NCBI GenBank assembly: GCA_964016885.1
Contig: OZ024741.1
Coordinates: forward strand, 194,184,001 to 194,248,000
Length of the DNA stretch: 64,000 nucleotides
Direction: 5' to 3'
Source: Eledone cirrhosa
Lineage: Eukaryota
Under the pieces are notes generated by a model. The model saw only the letters and a list, made by a program, of their open reading frames with translations. It searched no databases and was not told the DNA's origin. A program made the translations under genes and the position numbers. Of the stretch, positions 36,180 to 50,036 are shown piece after piece; within the stretch, counting starts at the first letter, position 1, and every line of letters begins with the position of its first letter.

Positions 36180-37580
36180 TCATCAGCCTACCTCCACTCA
36201 TTACATTCCTTCATTATTTCCTCTGTGGGATTCAGTTTTGAGATCCGCACTTATCACCTCTGACCAGGTTTTATTCAGTTTTTCTCTACTGCAGCTGGCA
36301 ACTCTTGGTACTTCTCCACACAGTGACTATCATCCACATGCACCATATGTCTATACTGGTGCAATCTTGTCTCTTGCACATTACATCTGATTCCTCTTAT
36401 ACCCAGCTTTTCTCTCAGCTCATCCATGCTGTTATTCATGCACACTAACATCACATATCCAATGGAGCATGATTACTTCATTTCCCTCCAGCCTCCTTAT
36501 AACCCCTGTATTTACTGTCATACAAGATTGCACTTCGTGTGCAGGCATCATACCCTTCATTTGTAGAGAAAACTCCTTTGTTGTCAATAGAGGCTCCCTG
36601 AAATTTAAAAAACCTGTTCTCATTCTAGCTACTATGCTTTGAGAGTAACCTCTTCCACTGTTTTTATGGTACGTTCCCAGAATAGGAAAATATTTATTTC
36701 ACTGGTGCTCTTACTACTAACTACCTCTGTGCATTTGCCACATGCAAAGTCTATCTTTTTTGTTCGCCTGCCTATACCTCCTGTATACACATACTTTACA
36801 TTATGTACATTGTATACAGTTCCTACCTACTCCTTTTCTATATATTTAACATGGCCACTTCTCTGATATTATTAGAGTCTTGTGGATTGGCAGTATCGGT
36901 AGAGGGTTGGACGCCATGCTTTCCAGCATAGTTACGTCCCTTTACGATCTGAGTTCAAATCCCGCCGAGGTTGACTTTGCCTTTCATCCTTACGGGGTCG
37001 ATAAAATAAAGTACCAGTAATGCACTGGGTAATAAGGCCTTGTGCCTAAAGTAGAAACAATTATTAGAGTCTTGTTTACTTTGATCTCTTTTAGGTTTAC
37101 TCTGAGTCCTTTTGATTCTAAGTTCTGTTTCCATAGCAGGAATTTCTTCTCTAGCCTTTTCAAAGATTCGGCATACAGAAGTTCCTATGGACAGATAGTT
37201 TTAAACTCCTTTGTTATAGCTCGTAGAATATCCGCTGCACATTGAATTCCTCACTAAACTTATCCCCTACTCGAATGTTACTGACAGCACCTCTGTACAT
37301 GGCTTGCACTGCTCTCACAAGCCTCTCATGTATGCCCAGTTTCCTTAAGGACAAGAGATAAAAATCATGGTACTCTATCAAAGGGTTTTCCAGACCTACA
37401 AATGGCTTACACTTAGCTCGGAACTTTTCTCATATTTGTGTCACTTTCATAACTTGTTCCATCAGATTTATGCCTCTGTAGTTATTCCTTTCTAGAGCAT
37501 CACCTTTTCCCTTGTTGCAGTTAAGGATATACTGCTACACCAATCATTGAGTATGACACCATCTTGTATTATTTCAAGGT
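36180..37580 (-). mobile_element. Old degenerate RTE fragments interrupted by a SINE; further remnants at 37785-37992 and 38290-38990
   Basis: RTGFLNFREPLL and DWCSSI remnants, plus RTE 3'UTR motifs. Confidence 0.7.
36884..37059 (+). mobile_element. tRNA-derived SINE with 16-bp TSD attattagagtcttgt
   Basis: TSD at 36868 and 37060; same family as 34365-34550. Confidence 0.9.
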
Positions 37581-39502
37581 TTCCCCACCTGAGCAATATT
37601 GCCCACCGTTGGGTGTTTCCAACTGTTGGGTGGGCAATGAGCAAAATTAGTGAGCAATTGAAAATTTTGGCGGGTGGTATAGGATTTTGAGTATTAAGAA
37701 GGTATTTCAACATATGCTACCTGAAAAAAAATATTCAAAGGAAATATGCAAAGAACCTGTATAAAACTTCAGAAGGCTGAATGGGAGCATAGTAGCTAGA
37801 ATGAGAACAGGTTTTTAAAATTTCAGGGAGCCTCTATTGACAACAAAGGAGTTTTCTCTACAAATGAAGGGTATGATGCCTGCACACAAAGTGCAATCTT
37901 GTATGACAGTAAATACAGGGGTTATAAGGAGGCTGGAGGGAAATGAAGTAATCATGCTCCATTGGATATGTGATGTTAGTGTGCATGAATAACTATGCCC
38001 ACATTCCTAGTTAAGATATAAACATCCTCACTACACACATAACCATCTTCGTGTTATTCAGTTGGACAGAAAATACCTTTGTTACCAATAGACATAATAA
38101 CTCCCTAAACTTCTCCCCTTTCCCCTTTATACTAGTTCTATGCCAATCATTGGACAGAGAATACCTTTGTTACCAGTGGATGTAATAGCTCCCTAAACTT
38201 TTCCCCTACTACACCTTTACACTACTTACTATGCCAGTCATTGGACATGACACCAGGTTGTACTACATGTTTTACTATGCATGCGATCTTCAGCATCAAA
38301 TATTTTCAATATTTGATCTACTAAGACTGATGGTCTAGCTCCTTTGCCTGTCTTCATATCCTTAAATGTGATTTTAGCCATACAACTGTTAACTTCAATA
38401 GCTGATCCCTCTGATGAGTCTATGTGGTATAGCCCTTTCTCTCATGCATTCTCCACATTTAACAACTGCTAGTAGTAACCATGTCTTTTTCGTCTTAATG
38501 TCAGTGAGGGTAAGTGTATTATTATTCCAAACACACTTTTCTCTAACAACGTCATGATTCATACTAGTACCCTAGTTAGCAATCTGGAACATCCCTTGCC
38601 AAAGAACATTGACAAATCTCTTACTTTCAACTTCTCTTTTATCATCATCATCATCGTCTTCCTCACTGGACTGGGTGCTTTTTGTCATGGCACCACCACT
38701 ACTGCCTTACATTGATCTGTACATAGTTAAAACCATCACCTATGTGTGTGTGAGTATCAGTCCACTCTGTAAAGTGGTAGTACAGGTGCCACAATAAAAA
38801 AACAGCCAGTCCACCCTGTAAGGTGGTCATGCTGGTGCCACAACAAAAAGCACCTAGTCAACCCTGTAAAGTGGTAGTGCTAGTTCCATAGAAAAGCTCC
38901 TTGTACATGTTGTAAAGTGATTGGCTTTAGGAGCAGCATCCAACCATAGAAACCAAGCCCAAAACGGAAGGCATGAGCAAGACTAGTCACTTGAAGGGTC
39001 TAGCCTCATGTGACAGTCCATCTAACCAATGCTATTTGAAAAGTCCTTTTTTTTAAAAGATGGAATGGAGTCATTTGAGAGAGATTTGACTGTTATTTCT
39101 AGCAAGCTGAGGGAATAATTAGAGGCTCCCTAATTGGCTTCCATATGCATACATGATGGGTGGGAATGAAAGATATATCTCAGGTAAATGAAGGGGAGGG
39201 AATTGCAAGGTGTTTCTATATAAACCAAATTCTATACAGCACCAACAAACATTTGTCTTAATTACAAAAAGCCTCTTTGTGGTCATTTGATCAATTAAAA
39301 ATGCCAACCACATCGTCCTTAAATAAGGTGCTACTGTCTTAAAGAGGGAAGATGACATTGGATAATGTAATCCTAGGGCATGTTTGATTATTAACTCTGT
39401 TCGATCAGGATTGACTCAAGGCTAAACAACAACACCTAATTCTAGTTAGTTTGCAGTCCAATCCAACCCATAGCAGAATGAGAAAACTGCATGAGAGCTT
39501 AA

Positions 39503-39697
39503 GGTGGAAGCAGTGGATTGGCAGTATTGGTAGAGGGTCGGAGGCCATGCTTTGACGCATAGAGTTACGGCCCTTCCCATTCTGAGTTCAAATCCCGCTG
39601 AGGTTAACTTTGCCTTTCATCCTTATGGGGTCAATAAAATAAAGTACAAGTAATACACTGGGAAATTGCTGGTCTTGTGCCAAAAGTAGAAACAATT
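39503..39697 (+). mobile_element. tRNA-derived SINE
   Basis: Full head and core matching 34365-34550. Confidence 0.88.
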
Positions 39698-39703
39698 ATA
39701 TAT

Positions 39704-42435
39704 GTAGGAGACGACTGACAATCATCTGTGCCTATGCTCCCCAAGCAGGCCTAGGCAAAGATGAGAAAGACTGCTTTTACGAGCAACTTTTACAAACAGC
39801 CACAATGACAGAGGACGGAGACATCGTTATGCTAGCAGGGGACTTCAATGGTCATGTTGGACAGCTCTAGGATGGTTACACTGTGGTACATGGTGGGCAC
39901 GGTTACAGCTCAAGAAATGAAGAAGGAGTGAGACTTCTTGAATTTTGTGATGCAAGTACACTGACTATTTTCAACACTAACTTCCAGAAACCTGCCAACC
40001 ACCTAATAACCTACAAATCAGGTGAGCACATAAGCCAGATTGACTTCTTACTAGTTAGGCAGCAGGACAGGCAGATGGTGTCAAATACCAAGGCATACCC
40101 AGGGGAAGAATGTACCCCACAGCATAGCTTAGTCGTTAGTGATATCTCAGTAAGCAAGAGATGGAATGAGACATACAGGAAGGTGTGGAGAAGAAAGGTC
40201 TGGAAGCTAAAAGACCTTTCACTAAAATACAAATTTAGGAAAGCCCTTCAAGATGTGTATGAAGAAAAAGAAGACATTTAGAGTCGTATGACATAGATAA
40301 TAACTGGAATTTCTTACGTGACAACTTACTGCAGGCTACTGGAGCAGAGCCCAACCAGACAGAGAGTGACCGGGTGGTGGAACAGCACAGTAGATAGGGC
40401 CATTAGAGACAAAAGACTAGCATGGAAGGCTTGGAAAAAGGGTGGGAGTAGAGAAGGATATACAGCCGCTAAGAGAGAAGCTAGACGTCAGGTGTACTTA
40501 GCACGCAGGGGGGGCTGAGAGTAGGAGGTTTGCCAATGTTCTGCGACAGGAAGATCAGAGGCATGCAGTGTTCCACATTGCAAGGCAGTGTGTCAATGCA
40601 AATCAGGATGTTGTTGGAGATAAATGTATCCGGAATGGTGCCGGTGTACTTAGTGTCACGAATGATCAGAAAAAGGAGGCCTGGAAATGTCATTATGAGA
40701 GACTGATGAATGTGGAGAACGAATGGGAGAGAGAGAAATTACCCTCAGTAGATCCGACAGAGGGACCAGCAATTGAGATTGACGAATATAGGGTCCAAGA
40801 GGCGATTAAGGAAATGAAAAATGGTAAGGCTGCTGGACCGTCAGGGATAGTTGTTGAGATGCTGAAGGCATCAGGGGACATAGGCACTAAGCTGGTTGCA
40901 CGCATCATCAATCAGGCTATATATGGTGGTGTCATACCCAAAGACTGGTGCAGCAGTATTCTCATAAATTGCTACAAAGGTAAAGGGGATGCTCTGGAGA
41001 AGAGCAATTATAGGGGTATAAAACTGATGGATCAGGTTATGAAAGTGGCAGAAAGGATATTAGCACAACTAATTAGAGAAAGGGTCAAAATAGATGAGAT
41101 GCAGTTTGGTTTTGTGCCTGGGAAAAGTACAACAGATGCCCTCTTCTTGGTGAGACAATTACAAGAGAGGTTCTTAGAGAAGAATAAGCCACTATACTTA
41201 GCCTTTGTTGACCTAGAGAAGGCCTTTGATAGGGTACCACGATCTGTCATCTGGTGGTCTCTAAGGAAACTAGGTGTTGAGGAATGGCTTGTGAGGAGAG
41301 TGCAAACTTTGTACAGAGGTGCTGTCAGTAAAGTCAGGGTAGGAATGGAGTTTAGTGAGGAATTCCAGATACAAGTAGGAGTACATCAAGGTTCGGTCCT
41401 CAGCCCGCTCTTGTTCATTATAGTCCTCCAAGCCATAACAGAGGAGTTTAAGACTGGCTGTCCATGGGAACTTCTCTATGCTGACGATCTGGTTCTTATA
41501 GCAGAATCAGTAGAAGAGCTAGAGAATAAATTGTGGCTATGGAAACAGCAGTTGGAAGCAAGAGGACTGAGAGTGAACCTAGCTAAGACAAAAGTGTTGA
41601 TGAGTAGAAAACAGGACAAAACTCTGATTCCATCAAGGAAATGGCCATGTTCGATATGCAGAAAAGGAACTGGCATAAATTCTATAAAATGCACACAATG
41701 CAGATCCTGGGTACACAAGAGATGTAGTGGGATAGCAGGCAAACTAACAGGTAGGGAGAAATACGTATGCAGTAGATGTACATGGAAATTAGATAGTAGA
41801 GGTCGCATTGATAGACACATTTTTCAAATGCAGGCGGGTGCTATAGAAGTGGTGGATAGCTTCCGGTACCTAGGAGATCAGATTAGTATGGGGGGGGGGG
41901 TTTCCGAGGCCATAGTATCTAGAATAAGGACGGGTTGGAAGAAGTTTAGGGAGCTGCTTCCTCTGCTGACGAAGAAAGGTTTCTCCCTGCAAACGAAAGG
42001 CCGGTTATCTGGTGACTGTGTGAGGAGTGCCATGCTGCATGGTAGTGAGACATGGGCAGCAACTGCAGAAGATATGCAACGGCTGGAGAGAAATGAGGCA
42101 AGCATGCTCCGTTGAATGTGCAATGTCAATGTGCGTGAACGACCCAGCATGGATGTGTTGAGAGAGAAACTGTGCCAGAGTAGAGACTGCGGTAGTATGG
42201 ACATGTGATGCGCATGGAGGATGACGTGAAGAAGTACCAGGAAATACCAGTTGAAGGAAGACGTGGTAGAGGTAGACCACGAAAAACATGGGCGGAGGTG
42301 GTGAGAACAGACCTCAGATCGCTGAAGCTCACGGTGAAGATGACGAAGGAGCGTGACAAGTGGAGAGATGCTGTGCTGAATAAGACCCGCCCCAACCTTA
42401 CAAGCAGGGAAAAGCGGACGTATGATGATGATGAT
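39704..42435 (+). mobile_element. Nearly full-length RTE LINE of a second family, with stops and frameshifts (largest ORF 40568-42115)
   Basis: APE C-half, RT with YADD, PHD finger, GRPRKTW and a (GAT)n tail. Confidence 0.94.
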
Positions 42436-42899
42436 ATTTTACAACCTTGTTCACACAATATTCTATGAGCACCTGATATCACGTTGAGTTATATTATTTG
42501 TCAAATGCTGTATTTCATGGGCAAATACGATCGTCTGTTATGCCAGTTGGATCTTTTGTACTTCTCAACACGTAATAATAGCTGAATATGCTAGAAACAG
42601 TAGCCAAATCTTTTTCAAATCACACTCCACTGTCTTTAAAAAAAGAAAGGGGCTCAGTTAAGACCATATTGAATATTGTAAACAGAAGTGAACTATAAAC
42701 ATTTAATTTTATTCATAGTTGTACAAATAACATTACAAATCGTGTGCAATTCTTTCAGAATGAAAATATAAACAGAGCATATAAATAAATTTACAATAGA
42801 ATAACATAACAAATATGTTTTAAATATATACATAAATAACATTACAAGTGCTTCGATAACATTATAAATAGCTCGCGATTCATTCAGAAAGATATATTC

Positions 42900-44268
42900 T
42901 TTTAATGTTACAATATTAAAGAAAATGTAAAGGAAAGGGTGAACAACCGAGCCAACACCAGAGCAAAAGACATGAACGCCGCGAGGAGTACTGGGCAACC
43001 TCTCTAATGATTTTTGGGGCAAGCCAGCACACTGGTAGCGTTGCCTCGGGTGATGGCGAGGCTGATGCCCTGAAACAGCCAAGCGCCCTCGCGAGATTCG
43101 CCATTTACCTCTATTAGGCGAGCCGCCAGTGAAGAGAGGAACCTCGCAGTCAGCGGCCCGACTCCCCCAAACGTCTCGAAAGCCACAGGCTGAAAAATGT
43201 AGCTGACCGACATATCGCAGTATTTCAGGGTCTTACTCCGCTCTGCTGCGGCTCTTGTCCTAAACGCAGCATCCAGGATGTGGGAAAGAGCAAAAGAGTC
43301 ACTAACAGTGACGTCCCAGACAAGGCACTTGCCTCTCGACCAGGGGCACAAGGTAAGGCCATCAGGTCTTTTGCCGTCACTTCTGGACAACTCAGATGGT
43401 TCCAAGACTGAGGAGATATTCGCCCGGGCCAAAGCTCTCTTCAGAATGAGGTTTAGCTCCGTGTGACGCGCGAAGCGGCTGGCATTCAGGCGGCAAGAAA
43501 GATCGTGACAGCCTGTGGAGTCGAGGAGTTTGCCGCATCGGCATCTCAAACCCACGCAGACGTCAGCTCCCACTCTGAGGGCGATGGAGACACGAAGTTC
43601 ATCCAGAGTGAGTAGGCCACGGGTAGGGCATCAACCCAGTCGCCTGAATATTTGGCGCTGGCATATAGTAAGCGGCACCTTGCAAACTGATCTGACTGGA
43701 CGAAGAGGGAGTCAAAGGTGGCCTTCGAACTTATGCTGTCCCAAGTTCTCTGACTTCGACTGTCCTCCACCTTCTCAGGAAGAGACAAGCCCAACTCACT
43801 CCATTTCTGGAGAGCTTCACCCAACTCACTGTTGGAACTAGTCCATGTTGGAGAGGAGAGGATGCTGCTAACCAGGGTGGAGCAAGAGTGGGTGGAGGAA
43901 AGGAAGGAGGGGAGAGAGAGGGGCGAACACTTACGAAGACCAAGACCCCCAAATTGCTTGGGCAACGCAGCCTGATCGCGGGACTCTGGAGAGAGTCTAA
44001 CATTGACCATGCACTCGAGTCTCTCGAAGATTAGGTCGTCGAAGCGTTGGAGGCAGGAAAGAAATCTGTGAGAGGGGCTGACCCTGAGCAGATACAGAAG
44101 CTTAGGAATAGACAGGTAGTTCCTGAGTATGAAGAAACCTTGATGGGGTTCGATAACTTCGATATCCCCAGCAGCAGGTCATGGCTAACCATCTTCGATT
44201 GGAAGATTGACTCGAAGGTCTGAAAAGACAGGATGGTCACGACTGGAATGCCCTTGATTATGGGTCTT
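42900..44268 (-). mobile_element. 5'-truncated CRE-like (RLE) non-LTR retrotransposon
   Basis: IPKLLYLLR, QAALPKQFGGLG, CRCG..CHDLSC...RH, KRPDG, WDVT and PVAFETFG motifs (ORFs 43004-43573 and 43546-44010). Confidence 0.85.
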
Positions 44269-45607
44269 TTCAATCAGGGCTGATCAAGAATTAAACGACA
44301 ACGCTGTAGTTTCTTACCTCCACATCATTACACACTAATTAAAAATAATTCTATTAAAAATAATGTCCACTAATTACTCTAACGAACACATAGTTAAATT
44401 TTCTAATATAATATTTATTATCCCAGAGTACAATAATGATAGAACAATGAAACACACACATATATATATATATTACATCAATCATTTATTCACGTGAAGA
44501 TGAGGAATTATTTGACTGACATAAATCTATTTTCAGAATGACACAATCTACTTTCAGGGACGTTCTCGTTTCAAAGACTATCAAATAATTTAAATAATTT
44601 AAATAGATTACTTTGAAATAAATAAAAGATGAATAGAAAGGTTTATAGATAAGCTAGGCGGTGTGGACGACATGAATTATTATCATTAACGAATATGTTT
44701 ATTAAAGTGTTACAACAGTCAACATACAACCCAGATTTTTTCACGGAAGACAGGTGGTTTATATGAATTTTTTGTTTGTTTTTTGAAAAAGAAATTTCTT
44801 CGAAGCTAAAATATACTCTCATATTCATTAAAAAAAGGTAAAATCAGACATGAAAAATAAAGACATGAAAATTATGTCCTATTGTAAAGAGGTTTCTAAC
44901 ATACAATAGTCAATAAACATGATAAATAAAGGTCACACACCCACACAAATAAATCGAACTAATTATTGAATGTTCAATGGTATCAAGAGTATTGAACAGC
45001 TTCCAATTCTATTAAATATTGCTATTAAGCAGTCAAAATTATCCTTTTTATAGTTAATATAATAAAAATTCTTGGTTTTACCGAAAGAGGGTGTGTAAAA
45101 TAAATGGTTCGACAAAATTTAGATCAAGGACTAAATTAAATAAACATTAAAAAAAAAAAATGATTTGTCATTAGACCACCGGAATTTCCACAAAATTAAC
45201 GATAAGAAACAAAAATATTGTCTAAATATATTTTAAAATAATAATAATAAATCTGATAAAATTATTGCGAAACAACAAAAACAATGAACATTCGTAGAAA
45301 TTCTGTTGAAGATATTACAGTATATAGATACTGTGTCTAATATATAATGGCCCTTACTATAAAGAACGGGGCTTAATTTTGATAGATTCTGTTAATTACA
45401 AAGTTTAACTATGCTTGTTATTATTAATTTATTTAATTTGTAATTAAGTAATAATTCTATATCCATCTCTGACGAGAGAGGGAGAGAGAGCTTCTAGGAC
45501 ACCATTTCTACTGATTTAATAAATGTAAGAGAGAAATAATATTTGATGTAGGGAACAGGAACGAACTACTGAAACTGTCTTTAAAACAAGATAACAAAGT
45601 AACTTAC

Positions 45608-45710
45608 CGAAAACTGTGTTGAAGGATTGAAATAGGTTTAGAGTTGCAGAAGTCCGATGTTGGATCAGGTGCTGCTTGTCTTACTGATCACATGACTAGC
45701 ATACAGAGGT
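45608..45710 (-). other. ATP6V1C1: Probable non-coding exon 1 (5'UTR) of the V-ATPase subunit C gene; TSS position approximate
   Basis: Perfect CG|gtaagt donor at 45607 in a repeat-free island, with adjacent ETS and M-box motifs. The ATG exon has an acceptor, so an upstream exon is required. Confidence 0.62.
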
Positions 45711-45720
45711 CACTTCCGGT
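45688..45720 (-). promoter_or_regulatory. Putative promoter motifs: M-box/E-box GTCATGTGA (45688-45696; MiT/TFE-type) and ETS-type ACCGGAAGTG (45711-45720)
   Basis: Both motifs are directly visible. MiT/TFE (MITF/TFEB) control of V-ATPase genes through M-box/CLEAR sites is established in Drosophila and mammals. Confidence 0.55.
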
Positions 45721-46188
45721 AAACTAACATTTGTTTATATTTCTGTTGGAATTTGAGCCAGTTGTTGACTTAAAAAGAATATATCAATATATATATATAA
45801 AATATATTGCTTCGCCAAGTATTTAACATTGCTGAGATTTCACAATAAAAATTAAGCCACAAATTTTGGGACGGAGCAAAATCGATTCGATCCATTCAAT
45901 ACATATTTTACTATGTGCAGAGTAACCAAAGTCATTCCCGATCGACTTTGGCTAATTGAAAGTTACAGCGTTGAGGGACGTAACACCATACAAAGTTATT
46001 TTGTCCAGCGTTCTGTCATCCACTGATATTTGAAAATTTTGTTTTTTTACATCGACAGAGACATATTTTGGAAGGAATGTATTAAATTGACCTCAATAGT
46101 AGGCTAGTGCTTTATTTTATCAATTCCAGGTGTGTCGATCAAAGTCGGTATCCGGCTTATTTGAACTCAGACGTAGCTATCAGCCATA

Positions 46189-46265
<77 letters not shown>

Positions 46266-46732
46266 AGTAAATGACATAACATGATATGATCCCTGTTCAC
46301 AAAATTTCAACAAATTTCAATAGTATTAAGACACCCTAATGGGGGTTAAACCCCCTCTAGTGAAAATTTTGGCCAATAAATGGAACAAGATTTCACGAAC
46401 TCCTCCTATGGTTTTGGAGATAGACCCCTATAACCATATATATTCTGAAACTACATTGCCCAGGGTACTTGGATAAATATATTTCATTTTAATCAAAGGG
46501 TTCCCCGGGGGCACAAAACTCTGGCTGAAAATGTTTTCCCTTCGATTTATATGAAATTTAAACCATAGGTAAATGACAAGATATGGGTGAAAGCAGCAAT
46601 TCTTTGCTTAAACTTTAATCTGTTATTTTAATAAATATTTACTCTACGGTTCTTATATATTTGATATATATTTATCCTTATCGAGCCCTCTTTGGATTTT
46701 AGTCTTCAAAATTTATTATTATTACTATATAC

Positions 46733-46763
<31 letters not shown>

Positions 46764-46777
46764 TATATATATACATA

Positions 46778-47882
46778 TTGCTCACTATAAAAGCTTCACG
46801 GCACAGGCATTGCTTTATATCTGGAGATCTCTCTGCACTTGTCGTCACATGGTACCATGGGCCCAGCACTATGTGTCAATAATTGTCACAAGTGTAGTGT
46901 TTGTACCATAGTTTTCAAGTCGCTGGCTGGACTAAAAAGTCACACTCGTTCAGCGCATCGGTAGGGGTTCTCCTATATGGATATAAAGTAGTGGCCGTAC
47001 TCGAAAACGAGTTGGCAGCCACCATGTATATATATCAAAGGGCAAAGGAGCTCTTAAGAGTCAATGATCATCCAAAATCACCAGGAGAGATGACCCCTTA
47101 GCCTTTGTCAAGGCAGAATTCTAGGAGAAGGAAAACTCTGATATAACACCTGCAACCCTGATGGTATCCAATGATGTTGACTTGTTCTTCTTTTTGGTAA
47201 ATATCATCTTGGTTAAGAGAGTGGGACTGGCTTTGTGCAGTGCCTTTGCTCACTATAAAAGCTTCACGGCACAGGCATTGCTTTATAGCGAAGATACTGG
47301 GTTGCATGAATGTAACAAAACGAGACATGGTTTGTGTAGATAATTATTTAATTAACAATGGTAGATAGTATAGTTGTCATGTCAAAGTAATAGATGATAG
47401 AATGAAGCAAAGTTAGTAGTTACCGTTTTGATTGCCAGGCAAACGCGGCTGGCAGAGGACGCCTGGCTAAGGCCAGGCGCCTGTTGGCCAAATGAATGGC
47501 AGAGCCAAATGAATGGCAGAGCCAAATGAGAGGCTCTTGACCTGGTGCCGAAAAGGCAATGAGAGAGTGAGAACCTAAAGTTGTTAGTTTTATAGGGTTC
47601 TGACCGGAAGTTGCAGAAAGGGTTCTACTTCCCGTCTAGATGATAACCCAAACAAGGGAGACAACCGCTACAGCTTTATATCTGGAGATCTCTCTGCACT
47701 TGTCGTCACATGGTACCATGGGCCCAGCACTATGTGTCAATAATTGTCACAAGTGTAGTGTTTGTACCAGAGTTTTCAAGTCGTTGGCTGGACTAAAAAG
47801 TTACACTTGTTCAACGCATCGGTAGGGGTTCTCCTACATGGATATAAAGTAGTGGCCGTACTCGAAAACGAGTTGGCAGCCA

Positions 47883-47884
<2 letters not shown>
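46778..47884 (+). mobile_element. Two copies of a LINE-like 3' end encoding a C2H2-like finger (CSVC..FKSLAGLKSH): 46778-47022 and 47247-47884, the latter split by a solo LTR
   Basis: Direct repeat of about 245 bp. Both copies end at GGCAGCCACC followed by (TA)n. Confidence 0.6.
47284..47672 (-). mobile_element. Solo LTR (389 bp, Gypsy-like 4-bp TSD GCTT)
   Basis: Termini T(A)TAGCG...CGCTACA with GCTT on both sides. The uninterrupted site is visible at 46805-46825. TATAAAA lies on the minus strand at about 47588-47594. Confidence 0.75.
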
Positions 47885-47963
<79 letters not shown>

Positions 47964-47966
<3 letters not shown>

Positions 47967-50036
47967 GAAAAAGATAGTCTGCCCCAAATTGATCCAATAG
48001 AAGGACCAGCGGTGCAAGTTAAAGGTAGTATAATAAGTAAGGCAATCAAAGATATGAAGACAGGCAAGGCAGCTGGGCCTTCGGAGATAGTTGCTAAGAT
48101 GTTGAAGGCATCTGGTATGGTGGGACACACTATGGTCACACGTATACTTAACCAAGTAATACAGAATGGGGTTATACCGAAAGACTGGTGTAGCAGCATC
48201 ATCATTAACTGCTACAAGAGTAAAGGGGATGCTCTAGATAGGGGAAACTATAGAGTCATTAAGTTAGTTGACCAGGTCATGAAGGTCACAGAAAGAGTTA
48301 TAGCGCAACTAATCAGAGAGCGAATTGATCTAGATGAAATGCAGTTTGGGTTTGTGTCAGGTAAAAGTACCACAGACGTTCTTTTCCTTGTACGACAACT
48401 ACAAGAGAAGTACCTAGCTAAAAGTAAACCCCTCTACTTAGCTTTTGTAGACCTGGAGAAAGCTTTTGACAGAGTCCCCCGCTCCATTATCTGGTGAGCT
48501 CTTAGAAAACTAGGTGTAGATGAATGGCTTGTGAGAGCTATACAAGCTATGCATAATGAAACAGTCAGTAAGGTTAGAATTAACAATGAATATTGTGAAG
48601 AATTTAGTGTAAAAGTTGGCATTCATCAAGGCTCTATCCTTAGTCCCCTCTTATTTATTATTGCCCTTCAGGCTATAACAGAGGAGTTCAAGACCGACTG
48701 CCCATGGGAACTCCTATACTCAGATGATCTAACGCTCATAGCTGAATCAATGGCTGAACTAGAGAAGAAATTTGAAACATGGAAGCATGGCCTAGAATCA
48801 AAAGGCCTTAAAGTTAACTTGTCTAAGACTAAAGTTCTAGTTTGTAGAAAGGAAAATAGGGCACAGGTGCCCTCAGGGAAATGGCCATGCTCAGTGTGTA
48901 GGAAAGGAGTAGGCAGAAATTACATTTTATGTCCCAAATGCAAAGTATGGGTACATAAAAGATGTAGTGGGATCACAGGTAAACTATCTAAGAACGTAGA
49001 CTTTATATGTGGCTAATGCTCAGGTGCAATAAGTAGCAAGTGTCCAAAGGATACTAGCTCCTTCTATTGCCCAGATGGTTCTATAGAAATAGTAGACACT
49101 TTCCGTTACCTGGGTGACGAAATCAGCAGTGGTGGAGGGTGTTCTGAAAGTACAGTAGCCAGAGTCAGAACGGGATGGAAAAAGTTCAGAGAGCTTATAC
49201 CGCTGTTGGCCACAAAAGGTTTCTCTCTAAAATTGAAAGGCAGATTGTATGATGTCTGTATACGAACAGCAATGCTACATGGCAGTGAGACATGGGCATT
49301 ACGTGCATAGGACCTGCATAGACTGGAAAGGAACGAAGCATGCATGCTCCGTTGGATGTGTAATACGTGAACGGCAAAGCATAAATGGACTAAGTGAGAA
49401 ATTAGGAATAAGAGGGATCAGATGCTGTTTACTTGAGAGATGACTACGTTGGTATGGTCACATGATGCGCATGAAAGACGACAGCTGTATAAAAAAGTGC
49501 AGGGCGATCAAAATTGATGGTAGTTACGGAGTAGGTAGACCCAGAAAAACCTGGGATGATCTGATAAATTCCGACCTCACACACTTACATCTCTCTAAGA
49601 CAATGTCTCTGGACCGAGATCTTTGGCGCTACGCAGTAATACAGAAGACCCGTCTTGCCTATGTACAAAGCGAAACCTACAGTCAGTAGGCACCTCTTAA
49701 CCAAATATACATCCTAATCCACTACCCCTACCCTATCCTCCCACTCCCACCAACAGCACGAGAAAATGAGTTCGAGATCGTGTAGGTGTCACGACAAAAA
49801 ACACATACAGTCCACGCTGTAATGTGGCCGTGTAGGTAACATGGTAAAAAGTTCCCAGTTCCACACTGTAAATGTGGTTGGTGTTAGAAAAGGCATCCAG
49901 CCGTAGAAAACCTGCCTGATAGTCCTATATGAGCGAGACACGGTCACCCGACCAGCCTTGTCTCAAGTGGGACAACTCCCGTGTAACCCATGCTATCGTG
50001 GAAAATGGACGTTAAACGAAGATGATGATGATGATA
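47964..50036 (+). mobile_element. 5'-truncated RTE LINE of a third family, with in-frame stops
   Basis: ORFs at 48012, 48531 and 49462, plus 3'UTR and (GAT)n tail. Same family as 61650-64000 and 11590-12424. Confidence 0.94.

Noticed and set aside
44312-44335. Minus-strand GAG|gtaaga donor as an extra exon
   Set aside because: There is no convincing acceptor or promoter context. The site at 45607 is better supported, although this one cannot be excluded without RNA data.
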